Assembly (NCBI GenBank): GCA_963725665.1
Contig: CAVRZA010000001.1
Coordinates: 352,001-416,000 of the forward strand
Direction: 5' to 3'
DNA: 64,000 bases
From: an uncultured Actinomycetes bacterium
GTDB lineage: Bacteria; Actinomycetota; Thermoleophilia; UBA2241
The notes under the pieces are model-generated. The model was not told the DNA's origin. It saw nothing but the letters and a program-made list of their open reading frames with translations, and did not search any database. The translations under genes and the position numbers were made by a program. Below are positions 39,202 to 47,921 of the stretch, piece after piece; position 1 is the stretch's first letter; each line of letters begins with the position of its first letter.

Positions 39202-39951
39202 GTGCTCCCCGACCTCTGGGCCTCCGTCTTCGTCGGGGCAACGCGCGTCGAATCGCTCTCGGTGGCGACGGCGCTGCTCGCCTTCGTCGCCGGCCTCGTG
39301 TCTTTCATCTCGCCGTGCGTGCTGCCGCTGCTGCCCGCCTACCTCTCGTACGTCTCGGGTGTGGGCGTCGGGCAGCTCGAAGGCGAGCGCGGCGACGTTC
39401 TCGTCGCCGCGCTCGCCTTCGTCGGGGGGTTCTCGACGGTGTTCGTGCTGTTGGGCGCCGCCGCCGGCGGCATCGGCGGCCTGCTCGTGCGCTTCCGGCC
39501 CGAGCTCACGCTGGCCGCCGGCGTCTTTCTCGTGGTTAGTGGCCTCGTCGTCGCCGGCGTCGTGCGTCTGCCGGGCCTGCATGGCGGCTTCGCGCCGCGC
39601 GCCGGCGGGCTGCCGCGCGCCTTTCTCACGGGCGCGGCCGTCTCCATCGGCTGGACGCCGTGTGTGGGATACGTACTGGGCGGCATCCTCATGCTGGCCG
39701 GCTCGCGGCAGAGCGCCGGCGCCGGCGCGCTCCTGCTGCTCATCTACTCGGCCGGCCTGGGGTTGCCGTTCGTGCTCGCGGCGCTGGCTTGGGGGTGGGT
39801 CTCCGCCCGCACGCGGTGGCTGCGCAGTCACTACCGTCTGGTGCAGACCGTGTCGGGCGCCCTGCTGGCCGCCTTCGGGGTGCTCCTTCTCACCGGCGGC
39901 ATCGATCTGCTCGCCCGTGAGCTGCCGACCTACAGTCCGTTCGGGCTGTAG
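39202..39951 (+). CDS. ccdA: Cytochrome c biogenesis protein CcdA (DsbD transmembrane domain)
   Basis: SFISPCVLPLLPAY, GWTPCVG, YSAGLGLPF. Confidence 0.9.
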   Translation: MLPDLWASVFVGATRVESLSVATALLAFVAGLVSFISPCVLPLLPAYLSYVSGVGVGQLEGERGDVLVAALAFVGGFSTVFVLLGAAAGGIGGLLVRFRPELTLAAGVFLVVSGLVVAGVVRLPGLHGGFAPRAGGLPRAFLTGAAVSIGWTPCVGYVLGGILMLAGSRQSAGAGALLLLIYSAGLGLPFVLAALAWGWVSARTRWLRSHYRLVQTVSGALLAAFGVLLLTGGIDLLARELPTYSPFGL

Positions 39952-40045
39952 CGAGCCGCCTGGCCGCGTCCCGTCTCGAGCCTGAGCGCTTCGAGAAGGC
40001 GTTCGTGCTGCTCGGGCCCGGCCACGGTCACACGCAGGCAGGCTG

Positions 40046-40090
40046 TTGAAAAGGCGACGGACGGTCAGTACTGTACGCCCACCTAGGTGG
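40046..40090 (+). promoter_or_regulatory. Sigma70-type promoter with overlapping palindromes, heading the aminotransferase-AOR-larA-tetR-mttBC cluster
   Basis: TTGAAA (40046-51), 17-nt spacer, TACTGT (40069-74); CAGTACTG and CCACCTAGGTGG palindromes. Confidence 0.6.
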
Positions 40091-40173
40091 ATGACTTTGG
40101 GCGACGCCGCCGCGCGCCGGCCGGATACAGGCCCGGCCGGCGCGCGGCGGCGCTGGGCGAGAACGGAGGAGCC

Positions 40174-41550
40174 ATGACAGGGACCGTGGGCGAGCACGAC
40201 GTTGGCGCTCTCGAGGAGCAGTTCCTCGAGCACCTCTGGCCGCCCTTCACGCAGATGCAGGGCCTCAAGCCGGTTATCATCGAGCGCGGCGAGGGCGCCG
40301 TGGTCTACGACGCGCATGGCAAGCCTTACATCGACGCGTTCGCGAGCCTCTGGACGGTCAACGTGGGGCACGGGCGGCAGGAGATCATCGACGCCGTGGC
40401 TGCCCAGGGCAAGGAGCTCGCCTGTTACCACATGTTCGGCATCGCCAACCCGCCCTCGATCAAGCTGGCGGCCAAGATCGCTGAGCATCTGCCCGGTGAC
40501 CTCAACCACGTCTTCCTCACCCTGGGCGGCGGCGAGGCGGTGGAGACGGCCCTCAAGATCGCGCGCCAGTACTGGCGCAACAGGGGCAAGGGCGGCAAGT
40601 ACATGGTCTTCTACCGCGACCGCGCCTACCACGGCACGACCTTCGGCGTGACGAGCGCGCAGGGTCTGCCGCTCAACCGGCACAAGTTCGAGCCGCTGCT
40701 GCCCGGCTTCGTCAAGCTGGGCGCCCCGTACTGCTACCGCTGCGCCTGGGGCAAGACCTACGGCGAGTGCGCCATCGAGTGCGCAAAGGCCGTGGAGCAG
40801 GAGATTTCCTTCTACGGCGAGGAGAACGTCGGCACGCTACTGGGCGAGACGATGATCGGCACCGGCGGCGTCATCCCGCCGCCCCCGGAGTACTGGCCCC
40901 TGGTGCGCGAGATCTGCGACGCGCACGAGCTGCTGGTCATCAACGACGAGGTCATCACCGGGTTCGGGCGCGGCGGCACCTGGTTCGCATGCACGCAGTT
41001 CGGGAGCAAGCCCGACATGGTGACGATGGCCAAGGGTCTCTCGTCGGGTTACCTCCCTCTCGGCGCCGTCGGGGCCAGCGAAGGGGTGTTCGAGGCCTTC
41101 TTGGGCGAGCCCCTCGAGTTGAAGCAGTTCATGAGCGGTGCCACCTACCAGGGCCACCCGCTCTGCTCCGCCGCCGGCCTCGCCAACCTCGAGATCATCG
41201 AGCGCGAGAACCTGGTCGATCGCTGCCGCGAGCTGGGTCCGTACATGCAGGAGGGGCTGCGCAGCCTGCTCTCGCACGCCATCGTCGGCGATGTGCGCGG
41301 CATCGGCCTCGTGGCTGGCATCGAGTACGTGCAGGACAAGCAGACCAAGGAGTGGTTCCCGCCGGCGATCGGTGCCGCCGGCAAGGTGTTCGCCGAGGCC
41401 TTCCGGCGGGGCGTCTTCGTGCGCCTCCTGGGCGGCGGCAATGTGCACGCTATCGCGCCGCCGTTCATCATCAGTAAGGAGCAGATCGACACCATCGTGA
41501 GCGTGCTCGACGAGTCGATCGGCGTGGTCGAGATGGAGCTGGGCTACTAG
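40174..41550 (+). CDS. Class III PLP-dependent aminotransferase (omega-amine:pyruvate type)
   Basis: SLWTVNVGHG, AYHGTT, DEVITGFGR, TMAKGLSSGYLPLG, TYQGHP. Confidence 0.92.
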   Translation: MTGTVGEHDVGALEEQFLEHLWPPFTQMQGLKPVIIERGEGAVVYDAHGKPYIDAFASLWTVNVGHGRQEIIDAVAAQGKELACYHMFGIANPPSIKLAAKIAEHLPGDLNHVFLTLGGGEAVETALKIARQYWRNRGKGGKYMVFYRDRAYHGTTFGVTSAQGLPLNRHKFEPLLPGFVKLGAPYCYRCAWGKTYGECAIECAKAVEQEISFYGEENVGTLLGETMIGTGGVIPPPPEYWPLVREICDAHELLVINDEVITGFGRGGTWFACTQFGSKPDMVTMAKGLSSGYLPLGAVGASEGVFEAFLGEPLELKQFMSGATYQGHPLCSAAGLANLEIIERENLVDRCRELGPYMQEGLRSLLSHAIVGDVRGIGLVAGIEYVQDKQTKEWFPPAIGAAGKVFAEAFRRGVFVRLLGGGNVHAIAPPFIISKEQIDTIVSVLDESIGVVEMELGY

Positions 41551-41608
41551 CCTCCCTGGGCGGCCAGCTGTCACTCGCGCAGCAGAGCGGAGCAAGAAAG
41601 GAAGAAGG

Positions 41609-43396
41609 ATGGTCCACGTGCTGAGGGTCGACCTGTCGACCCGCACCACTCGTGAGGAGACGCTGCCGGCAGAGCTGACGCGTGACTACATCGGCACGAA
41701 GGGGATCGGCAGCCACCTGCTGCTGCAGGAGGTGGACCCCGGCATCGACCCGCTCGGTCCCGACGCCAAGCTCATCTTCTCGGCCGGCCCCCTCTCGGGG
41801 TCGACCATGCCCGGTACGGACCGCTACGCAGTCTACTTCCTTTCGCCTCTTACGGGAGGTTACGGCGAGGCCTACTCGGGCGGTAAGGTGGCGACGCAGT
41901 TCGCCCGCACCGGCTTCCGTATGGTGGTACTCGAAGGGAAGGCGTCCTCTCCGGTCTTCATCGAGGTCTCCGACGAGAAGGTCGCGATCCACCCGGCGGA
42001 CGATCTCTGGGGACTCGACTGCTACGAGGCCGAGGACCGACTCCTCGAGCGCGTCGGCGTGAGGAACGCCCAGGCCTGCGTGATCGGACCCGCCGGCGAG
42101 AAGCTCGTGCGCTTCGCCTGCATCCAGAACAACCGCACGCACAGCCTCGGGCGCGGCGGATGCGGCGCCGTCATGGGCTCCAAGAACGTCAAGGGGCTCG
42201 TGTTCCACGGCTCGACGAGGCCGGAGGTGGCGCGCCCCGACGAGCTCAAGGCCCTGGTCAAGGAGATGATCGCCAACGGCAAGGACCACCCCAGCGTCGC
42301 GGCCTACAACGCCAAGGGCACGGTGCAGATGGTGCGCCTCACCAACGGGGTCTCGATGTTCCCCACCCGCTACTGGACCAAGGGGCATCTCGACGACTTC
42401 GAGCCGCTCTCAGCCGAGACGATGATGGAGAAGTACAAGGTCGGCAACACGACGTGTCCGCCCTGCTTCATCGCCTGCGGGCACGTCTGCCGGGTGCCAG
42501 ACGGCGAGCTCGCCGGCCTCGAGATCGACGGACCGGAGTACGAGACCATCTTCGCCTTCGGAGGCCTTTGCGAGGTCGTCGACTTCGGCTACGTCATGCT
42601 CTACAACGACATCTGCGATCGCCAGGGCGTCGACACGATGAGCGCCGGCAACCTGTGCGGGCTGGCCATCGAGGCGTCGCGGCGCGGGCTCATCGACGAG
42701 GAGCTCGACTTCGGCGACGCCAAAGGCGTGCAGCGCTTCCTCGAGAAGATGTGCCGCCGCGAGGGCGTCGGCGACCTGTTCGCGGAGGGCATCCTGGCGG
42801 TCCAGAAGGAGCTCGGCCTCGAAAGCGTGGCCGTGCACGTCAAGGGCATGGAGCCGGCGGGCTACGACCCGCGCCGCTCGCGGGGCATGGGCTTAGGCTA
42901 CGTCGTCTCGGCCCGCGGCGCCTGTCACGCGCGGGCGACGTTCATGAAGCCCGAGCTGGCCGGCCTCATCGACATCAACACCACCGTCGGCAAGGGGGCC
43001 ATGTACGTCGACTACGAGGACCGCATGGCGATCCTCGACTGCATGGTCTTCTGCCGCTTCTACCGCGACCTGCTCGAGTGGGAGTTCCTCGCGCGGATCG
43101 TCAACGCCGCGGTGGGCACCGACTACTCCGTCGAGGAGCTGAGAGCCGTCGCCAACCGCATCGTCACCGAGACACACCGCTTCAACGAGCTGCGCGGCAT
43201 CGGTGGGGAGTCAGAGCACCTGCCGGCGTGGATCATCGACAACCCTATCGAGCACCACGACGGTGAGAAGCTGACCATCAGCGAGGAGCAGATGGAGACG
43301 ATGCGCCGCGATTACTATGCGGCGCGCGGCTGGGGCGTCCCCGGGGCTGAGACCCGGGATCGATCGGGCCCGAGAGGGGAGGCGAGACGAGCATGA
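41609..43396 (+). CDS. aor: Aldehyde:ferredoxin oxidoreductase (W/Mo-pterin)
   Basis: IGPAGEKLVRFA, GRGGCGAVMGSKN, CPPCFIACG, GPEYET, AGYDPR, RGACH. Confidence 0.92.
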   Translation: MVHVLRVDLSTRTTREETLPAELTRDYIGTKGIGSHLLLQEVDPGIDPLGPDAKLIFSAGPLSGSTMPGTDRYAVYFLSPLTGGYGEAYSGGKVATQFARTGFRMVVLEGKASSPVFIEVSDEKVAIHPADDLWGLDCYEAEDRLLERVGVRNAQACVIGPAGEKLVRFACIQNNRTHSLGRGGCGAVMGSKNVKGLVFHGSTRPEVARPDELKALVKEMIANGKDHPSVAAYNAKGTVQMVRLTNGVSMFPTRYWTKGHLDDFEPLSAETMMEKYKVGNTTCPPCFIACGHVCRVPDGELAGLEIDGPEYETIFAFGGLCEVVDFGYVMLYNDICDRQGVDTMSAGNLCGLAIEASRRGLIDEELDFGDAKGVQRFLEKMCRREGVGDLFAEGILAVQKELGLESVAVHVKGMEPAGYDPRRSRGMGLGYVVSARGACHARATFMKPELAGLIDINTTVGKGAMYVDYEDRMAILDCMVFCRFYRDLLEWEFLARIVNAAVGTDYSVEELRAVANRIVTETHRFNELRGIGGESEHLPAWIIDNPIEHHDGEKLTISEEQMETMRRDYYAARGWGVPGAETRDRSGPRGEARRA

Positions 43397-44760
43397 GCGG
43401 CGGAACCGGCGGCGGCCTCGTCCGGCTCGCGCTGCCCTACGGGCGCGGCGAGCAGCCGGTCGCCCTGCTCGATGACCGGCTGCTCGCCGTCGTGACGGGG
43501 GTCGCCGGCGCGGGCCAGGACGGCCACGCGGCCGGTGCACCCGACGAGCGCGCCGAGGTCGCTCGCGCGTTGCGCGAGCCGCTCGGCGCGCCGCCGCTCG
43601 CGACGCTGGCTCGGGAGGCGGCGTCAGCCGCCATCGTCGTGAGCGACGTCACGCGGCCCTGTCCGACCGCCCGCTTCTTGCCCGCTCTGCTCGATGAGCT
43701 CGCCGCCGTCGGCGACGAGGCGATCACGGTCATCTTCGCGCTCGGCAGCCATCGGCCGCACACGCGAGAAGAGCAGGAGGAGCTGGTCGGGCGCGAAGTG
43801 CTCGCGCGGGCGCGCGTGCTCGACCTCGACGCCGGCGATTGCACCTACGTGGGCACGACGAGCAGGGGCACGCGCGTGGAGGTCTTCCGTCCGTTCTTGG
43901 AGGCGGAGTTCAAGATCTGCACAGGCAACGTGGAATACCACTACTTCGCCGGCTTCAGCGGCGGGGTCAAAGCGGTCGTGCCCGGTCTCTGCTCGCGGGC
44001 GACGATCCAGGCGAACCACAGCATGATGCTCGCGCCCGCCGCGCGTGCCGGCGTCATCGAGGGCAATCCCGTGCGCGAGGACATCGACGAAGCCGGGGAG
44101 CTTCTCGGCGTCGGCTTTGCGTTCAACGTCGTCCTCGACGGGCGCAAGCGCATCGTGCGCGCCTTCGCCGGGCACCCGACCACGGCCTTCCGGGCCGCCG
44201 CCGCCTTCTACGACGAGCGCTTTGGCGTCACTGTGCCGGCGGCCGCCGACGTCGTGCTCGCCTCTCCCGGCGGCCGCCCCAAGGATATCAACCTCTACCA
44301 GGCGCAGAAGACCCTCGACAACGTGCGCGGCGCGGTGCGCAACGGCGGCGCCGTCATCCTGGTCGCCGAGTGCCCCGAGGGCTTCGGCGAGGCGACGTTC
44401 GAGCGCTGGATGCGCGAGATGACAACGCCGCAGGCGCTGGTCGAGCGCATCCAGCGCGAGTTCGTGCTGGGAGGCCACAAGGCGGCCGCCATCGCCGGCC
44501 TCTTGCGCACCGTCGACGTGTACCTCGTGTCGGCCTTCCCCGACGAGACGGTACGCCGGATGGGAATGACGCCGATGCCCCGCGCGCAGGCGGCGGTCGA
44601 GGCTGCGGCGGCCCGCTACGGGCCCGCCGCCACTTTCCTCGTCGTGCCGGACGGTACCAGGGTGAGCACCAGCGCCCAGGCGGGCAAGATACCGGCCCGG
44701 GCCTCGTCTTCTCCCGGCGCTGCCGCCTCCGAGTCGGTCGAGGCGGGAGCGGGGTCGTAG
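43393..44760 (+). CDS. larA: Nickel-pincer-dependent lactate racemase family (LarA) 2-hydroxyacid racemase/epimerase
   Basis: SDVTRP, ALGSHR, HYFAGFSGGVK, ANH, GNPVRED, DINLYQAQK, AECPEGFG. Confidence 0.88.
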   Translation: MSGGTGGGLVRLALPYGRGEQPVALLDDRLLAVVTGVAGAGQDGHAAGAPDERAEVARALREPLGAPPLATLAREAASAAIVVSDVTRPCPTARFLPALLDELAAVGDEAITVIFALGSHRPHTREEQEELVGREVLARARVLDLDAGDCTYVGTTSRGTRVEVFRPFLEAEFKICTGNVEYHYFAGFSGGVKAVVPGLCSRATIQANHSMMLAPAARAGVIEGNPVREDIDEAGELLGVGFAFNVVLDGRKRIVRAFAGHPTTAFRAAAAFYDERFGVTVPAAADVVLASPGGRPKDINLYQAQKTLDNVRGAVRNGGAVILVAECPEGFGEATFERWMREMTTPQALVERIQREFVLGGHKAAAIAGLLRTVDVYLVSAFPDETVRRMGMTPMPRAQAAVEAAAARYGPAATFLVVPDGTRVSTSAQAGKIPARASSSPGAAASESVEAGAGS

Positions 44761-44889
44761 TGCCCGGGCAGCATAGCGGAGGGCGCCATGGCGGTGAGCG
44801 GCGAGCGAGACGGTGTCGCACGGGCCAGCGAATGAGACGTCTGGCCGCTCAGGGCCGGAGGTCCGACTGGGCGGTGTTCCGCCCGCGCG

Positions 44890-45591
44890 ATGGGAGATGA
44901 GCCTCAAACGATGACGGCGATCAGAAAGTTGGAGAGGGAGCGCGGCGTCAGGGTGCCGTTCGACGACCCGTTCACCAGTCTGCCCGAGACGGCGCAGAGG
45001 ATCCTCGCCGCCGCCTCGAAGCTGCTGGCGAAGCGCGGCTACGAGGCGGTGACGCTCGAGAACGTGGCCCGCGAGGCCGGCGTCAACAAGGCGACCATCC
45101 GCTACAATTTCGGCAACAAGGCCGGGCTGATGACCGCCATCGTCGACGGGCTCATCCACGACGAGTGCCTGCGCATGGCCGCCGACCTCGACACGGTCGA
45201 CCAGGACGACCGGTTGGCCGCGGCGATGGAGGGGATCGGCGGCATGATCGTGAGCGCCGACTCCTTCAAGGGCTTCTTCGAGGTGCTGCCGCACGCCTTC
45301 CGCGACGAGGACTTGCGGGTGCGCCTCTTCGCCCTCTATCGCTGGTGGTACGGGTTGAACCTCAAGTGGCTGGGCTTGCCCGACGAGATCGACGAGGACA
45401 CCAACTACTACATCGTAGGGTTGGCGGAGCTCATCGCCGCCATCCCCGACGGACTCTCGATCCAGGCAGGCCTCGACCCGGGACATTTCGACGTCGCGCG
45501 CCCTCTGGCGGCTCTCGAGCTCCTGCTGCGCAACTCGATGAAGGAGCTGCGAGCCCTGGCCGAGGAGCGCGGCGGACGATCGCCACGGTGA
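44890..45591 (+). CDS. TetR/AcrR family transcriptional regulator
   Basis: RILAAA...GYEAVTLENVAREAGVNKATIRYNFGNK. Confidence 0.9.
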   Translation: MGDEPQTMTAIRKLERERGVRVPFDDPFTSLPETAQRILAAASKLLAKRGYEAVTLENVAREAGVNKATIRYNFGNKAGLMTAIVDGLIHDECLRMAADLDTVDQDDRLAAAMEGIGGMIVSADSFKGFFEVLPHAFRDEDLRVRLFALYRWWYGLNLKWLGLPDEIDEDTNYYIVGLAELIAAIPDGLSIQAGLDPGHFDVARPLAALELLLRNSMKELRALAEERGGRSPR

Positions 45592-45642
45592 CCGGCGAGC
45601 CTCATCACCGCCCACCCTTCCCACCGCGCAAGGAGGTGCCGA

Positions 45643-47130
45643 GTGAGACGAAACCAACACGCCGGGCGCAGGGGTAGCGCCGGCGCGAGCCTCAACCTGC
45701 TGAGCGACGACGACCTCCACGACATCCACCTCGCCACGCTCGAGGTGTTGGGGAGGACCGGCGTCTGGGTGGAGGATGAGGATGCGCGTCGCGTCTTCGC
45801 CAGCGCCGGGGCAGACGTCGACGAGGCCACCGGGGTGGTGAAGATCCCCTCCTACGTGGTGGAGGAGGCGGTACGCTCGGCGCCGCCGAAGTTCGTCGCC
45901 GCCGGGCGCGACCCCGCCAGGGATTTCGTCCTCGAGGCCGACCGCGTCGGCTTCACCAACTTCGGCGAGGGCGTGAAGCTCGTCGACCCGTTCACCGGGG
46001 AGCTGCGCCTGCCGGTCAAACGGGACGTGGCCGACACGGCCCGCGTCGTCGACTACCTCTCTGACGTCGACGTCTACGAGCGGGCCATCACGGCCGAGGA
46101 TGTCCCTCCTGAGAGCGCGCCGCTCCACCAGGCCGAGGCCTGGATGAGCAACACCACGAAGCCGGGCTTCATGGGCCCCATGAACGGCTACTTGCTTGAA
46201 CGGATCGCACAGATGGCCGAGGCCGTGCAGGGAGGCCCCGAGAAGCTACGTCGACGCCCGCTCGTCACCTTCGTGACGTGCCCCGTGAGCCCCTTGAAGC
46301 TCATCCGGGACTGCTGCGAGATCATCATGGGCGCGGCCAGACGTGGTCTCGGGGTGAACATCCTCTCGATGGCCATGGCAGGCGGATCCTCACCGGTCAC
46401 CCTGGCGGGGACCCTCGTCACCCACAACGCCGAGGTCCTGAGCGGCATCACGCTCAACCAGCTCACGAAGAAAGGGTCGCCGGTCGTCTACGGCAGCTCC
46501 ACCACGGCGATGGACCTGCGTTTCGCGGCCGCCTCGGTGGGCTCGCCGGAGTGCGCGCTGATCGGCGCCGCCGTCGCCCAACTGGCGCGCTTCTACCTGC
46601 TCCCCAGCTGGGTCGCCGGTGCGTAGGGGGACACCAAAGTGGTCGATGCCCAGAGCGGGCACGAGAAGACCCTGACCGCCTTGCTGCCAGCGTTGGCAGG
46701 CGCCAACCTGATCTACGGTCTGGGGATGATCGAGTCGGGCATGACCTTCGATTTCGGGCAGCTCGTCATGGACAACGAGTTCGCGCGCATGATCAAGTTC
46801 GCCGTCGGCGGCATCCCGGTGAACGACGAGACGCTGGCTGTGGACGTCATCGCGGAGGTGGGCGCCTTTGGGGACTTCCTCGGCCACGAGCACACGATGA
46901 AGCACATGCGCGAGCAGTCCCCGTCGGCGCTCCTCGACCGGCGCGTGCGCGAGGACTGGGAGGCCTCGGGGTCGACGACCCTCTACGACCGGGCGACCGC
47001 CAAGGCGCGTGAGATCCTCGAAAGCTATCGGCCCGAGCCGCTGCCCGAGAGCGTGGCCGCCGAGATGCGCGACATCATCGCCGACGCCGAGAAGGACCTG
47101 GGCGTGACGACTACCGTGGGGAGGGTGTGA
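45643..47130 (+). CDS. mttB: Pyrrolysine-containing trimethylamine:corrinoid methyltransferase (495 aa, amber codon 328 at 46624-46626)
   Basis: ORFs 45643..46626 and 46639..47130 share a frame and are separated only by TAG. Read-through gives SWVAGA-O-GDTKVVDAQSGHEK, matching the MttB pyrrolysine site. Also SMAMAGGSSPVTLAGTLVTHNAEVL. Confidence 0.93.
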
Positions 47131-47780
47131 TGTCCACCGCAGACTACCAGCGCCTCTCCGAGCTCATCATCGCCGGCGAGATGGAGGGCGCCAAGGCGCT
47201 CACCGAGCAGCTCCTCGCCCAGGGTCTTCCCGGGCGCGAGGTCCTCGATGGCGGCCTTCTGCCCGGCATGGAGGTCGTGGGCGCGCGCATGAAGGCCGGC
47301 GAGTGCTTCATCCCCGAGGTGCTCCTCTCTGCACGCACCATGCAGGGCTGCCTGGACCTCATCAAGCCCCACCTGGCGGCCGGCGACTCAGGCTCGGCCG
47401 GTACGGTGCTCATCGGCACCGTCGAGGGCGACGTGCACGACATCGGCAAGAACCTAGTCGCCATGCTGCTCGAGGGGGCCGGCTTCTCGGTCGTCAACTT
47501 GGGGGCCCAGATCAGCCCCGCCGCCTTCCTTGCCGCCGTTCGCGAGCACTCACCGCAGATCCTCGGCATGAGCGGTCTTCTGACCACCACCATCCCCAAG
47601 ATGGCCGACACCATCAAGCTGCTCAAGGACGAGGGCTTACGAGACGCCGTCAAGGTGATGGTCGGCGGCGCCCCGGTCACGCAGCGCTTCGCCGATGAGA
47701 TCGGCGCCGACGCCTACGGCGCCAACGCCGCCGCCGCCGTGGAGAAGGCCAAGGCGTTGCTGGGGACCCAGAGGGCGTAG
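47130..47780 (+). CDS. mttC: Methyltransferase cognate corrinoid protein
   Basis: FIPEVL cap domain, DVHDIGKNLV B12-binding motif, SGLLTTT, VMVGGAP; TGATG coupling to mttB. Confidence 0.92.
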   Translation: MSTADYQRLSELIIAGEMEGAKALTEQLLAQGLPGREVLDGGLLPGMEVVGARMKAGECFIPEVLLSARTMQGCLDLIKPHLAAGDSGSAGTVLIGTVEGDVHDIGKNLVAMLLEGAGFSVVNLGAQISPAAFLAAVREHSPQILGMSGLLTTTIPKMADTIKLLKDEGLRDAVKVMVGGAPVTQRFADEIGADAYGANAAAAVEKAKALLGTQRA

Positions 47781-47814
47781 GCGGGGGGCTCAGCCCCGGG
47801 AGCTTGCGAGGCGA

Positions 47815-47862
47815 CGGGGCGGGGGCGCTTCTCCCGCGCGCGGGAGAAGCGCCCCCGCCCCG
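47815..47862. repeat. Perfect 48-bp GC palindrome after mttC
   Basis: cggggcgggggcgcttctcccgcg / cgcgggagaagcgcccccgccccg. Confidence 0.85.
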
Positions 47863-47921
47863 CTCCGTGCCCCTCGCCGGCGGCTCTCACTCCTTGCCCT
47901 CCACCCGGTATGCTGGTCGGC

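Noticed and set aside
45643-47130. mttB as two genes or as a nonsense pseudogene
   Set aside because: The single in-frame TAG falls at the conserved pyrrolysine position, and the downstream fragment has no convincing RBS.
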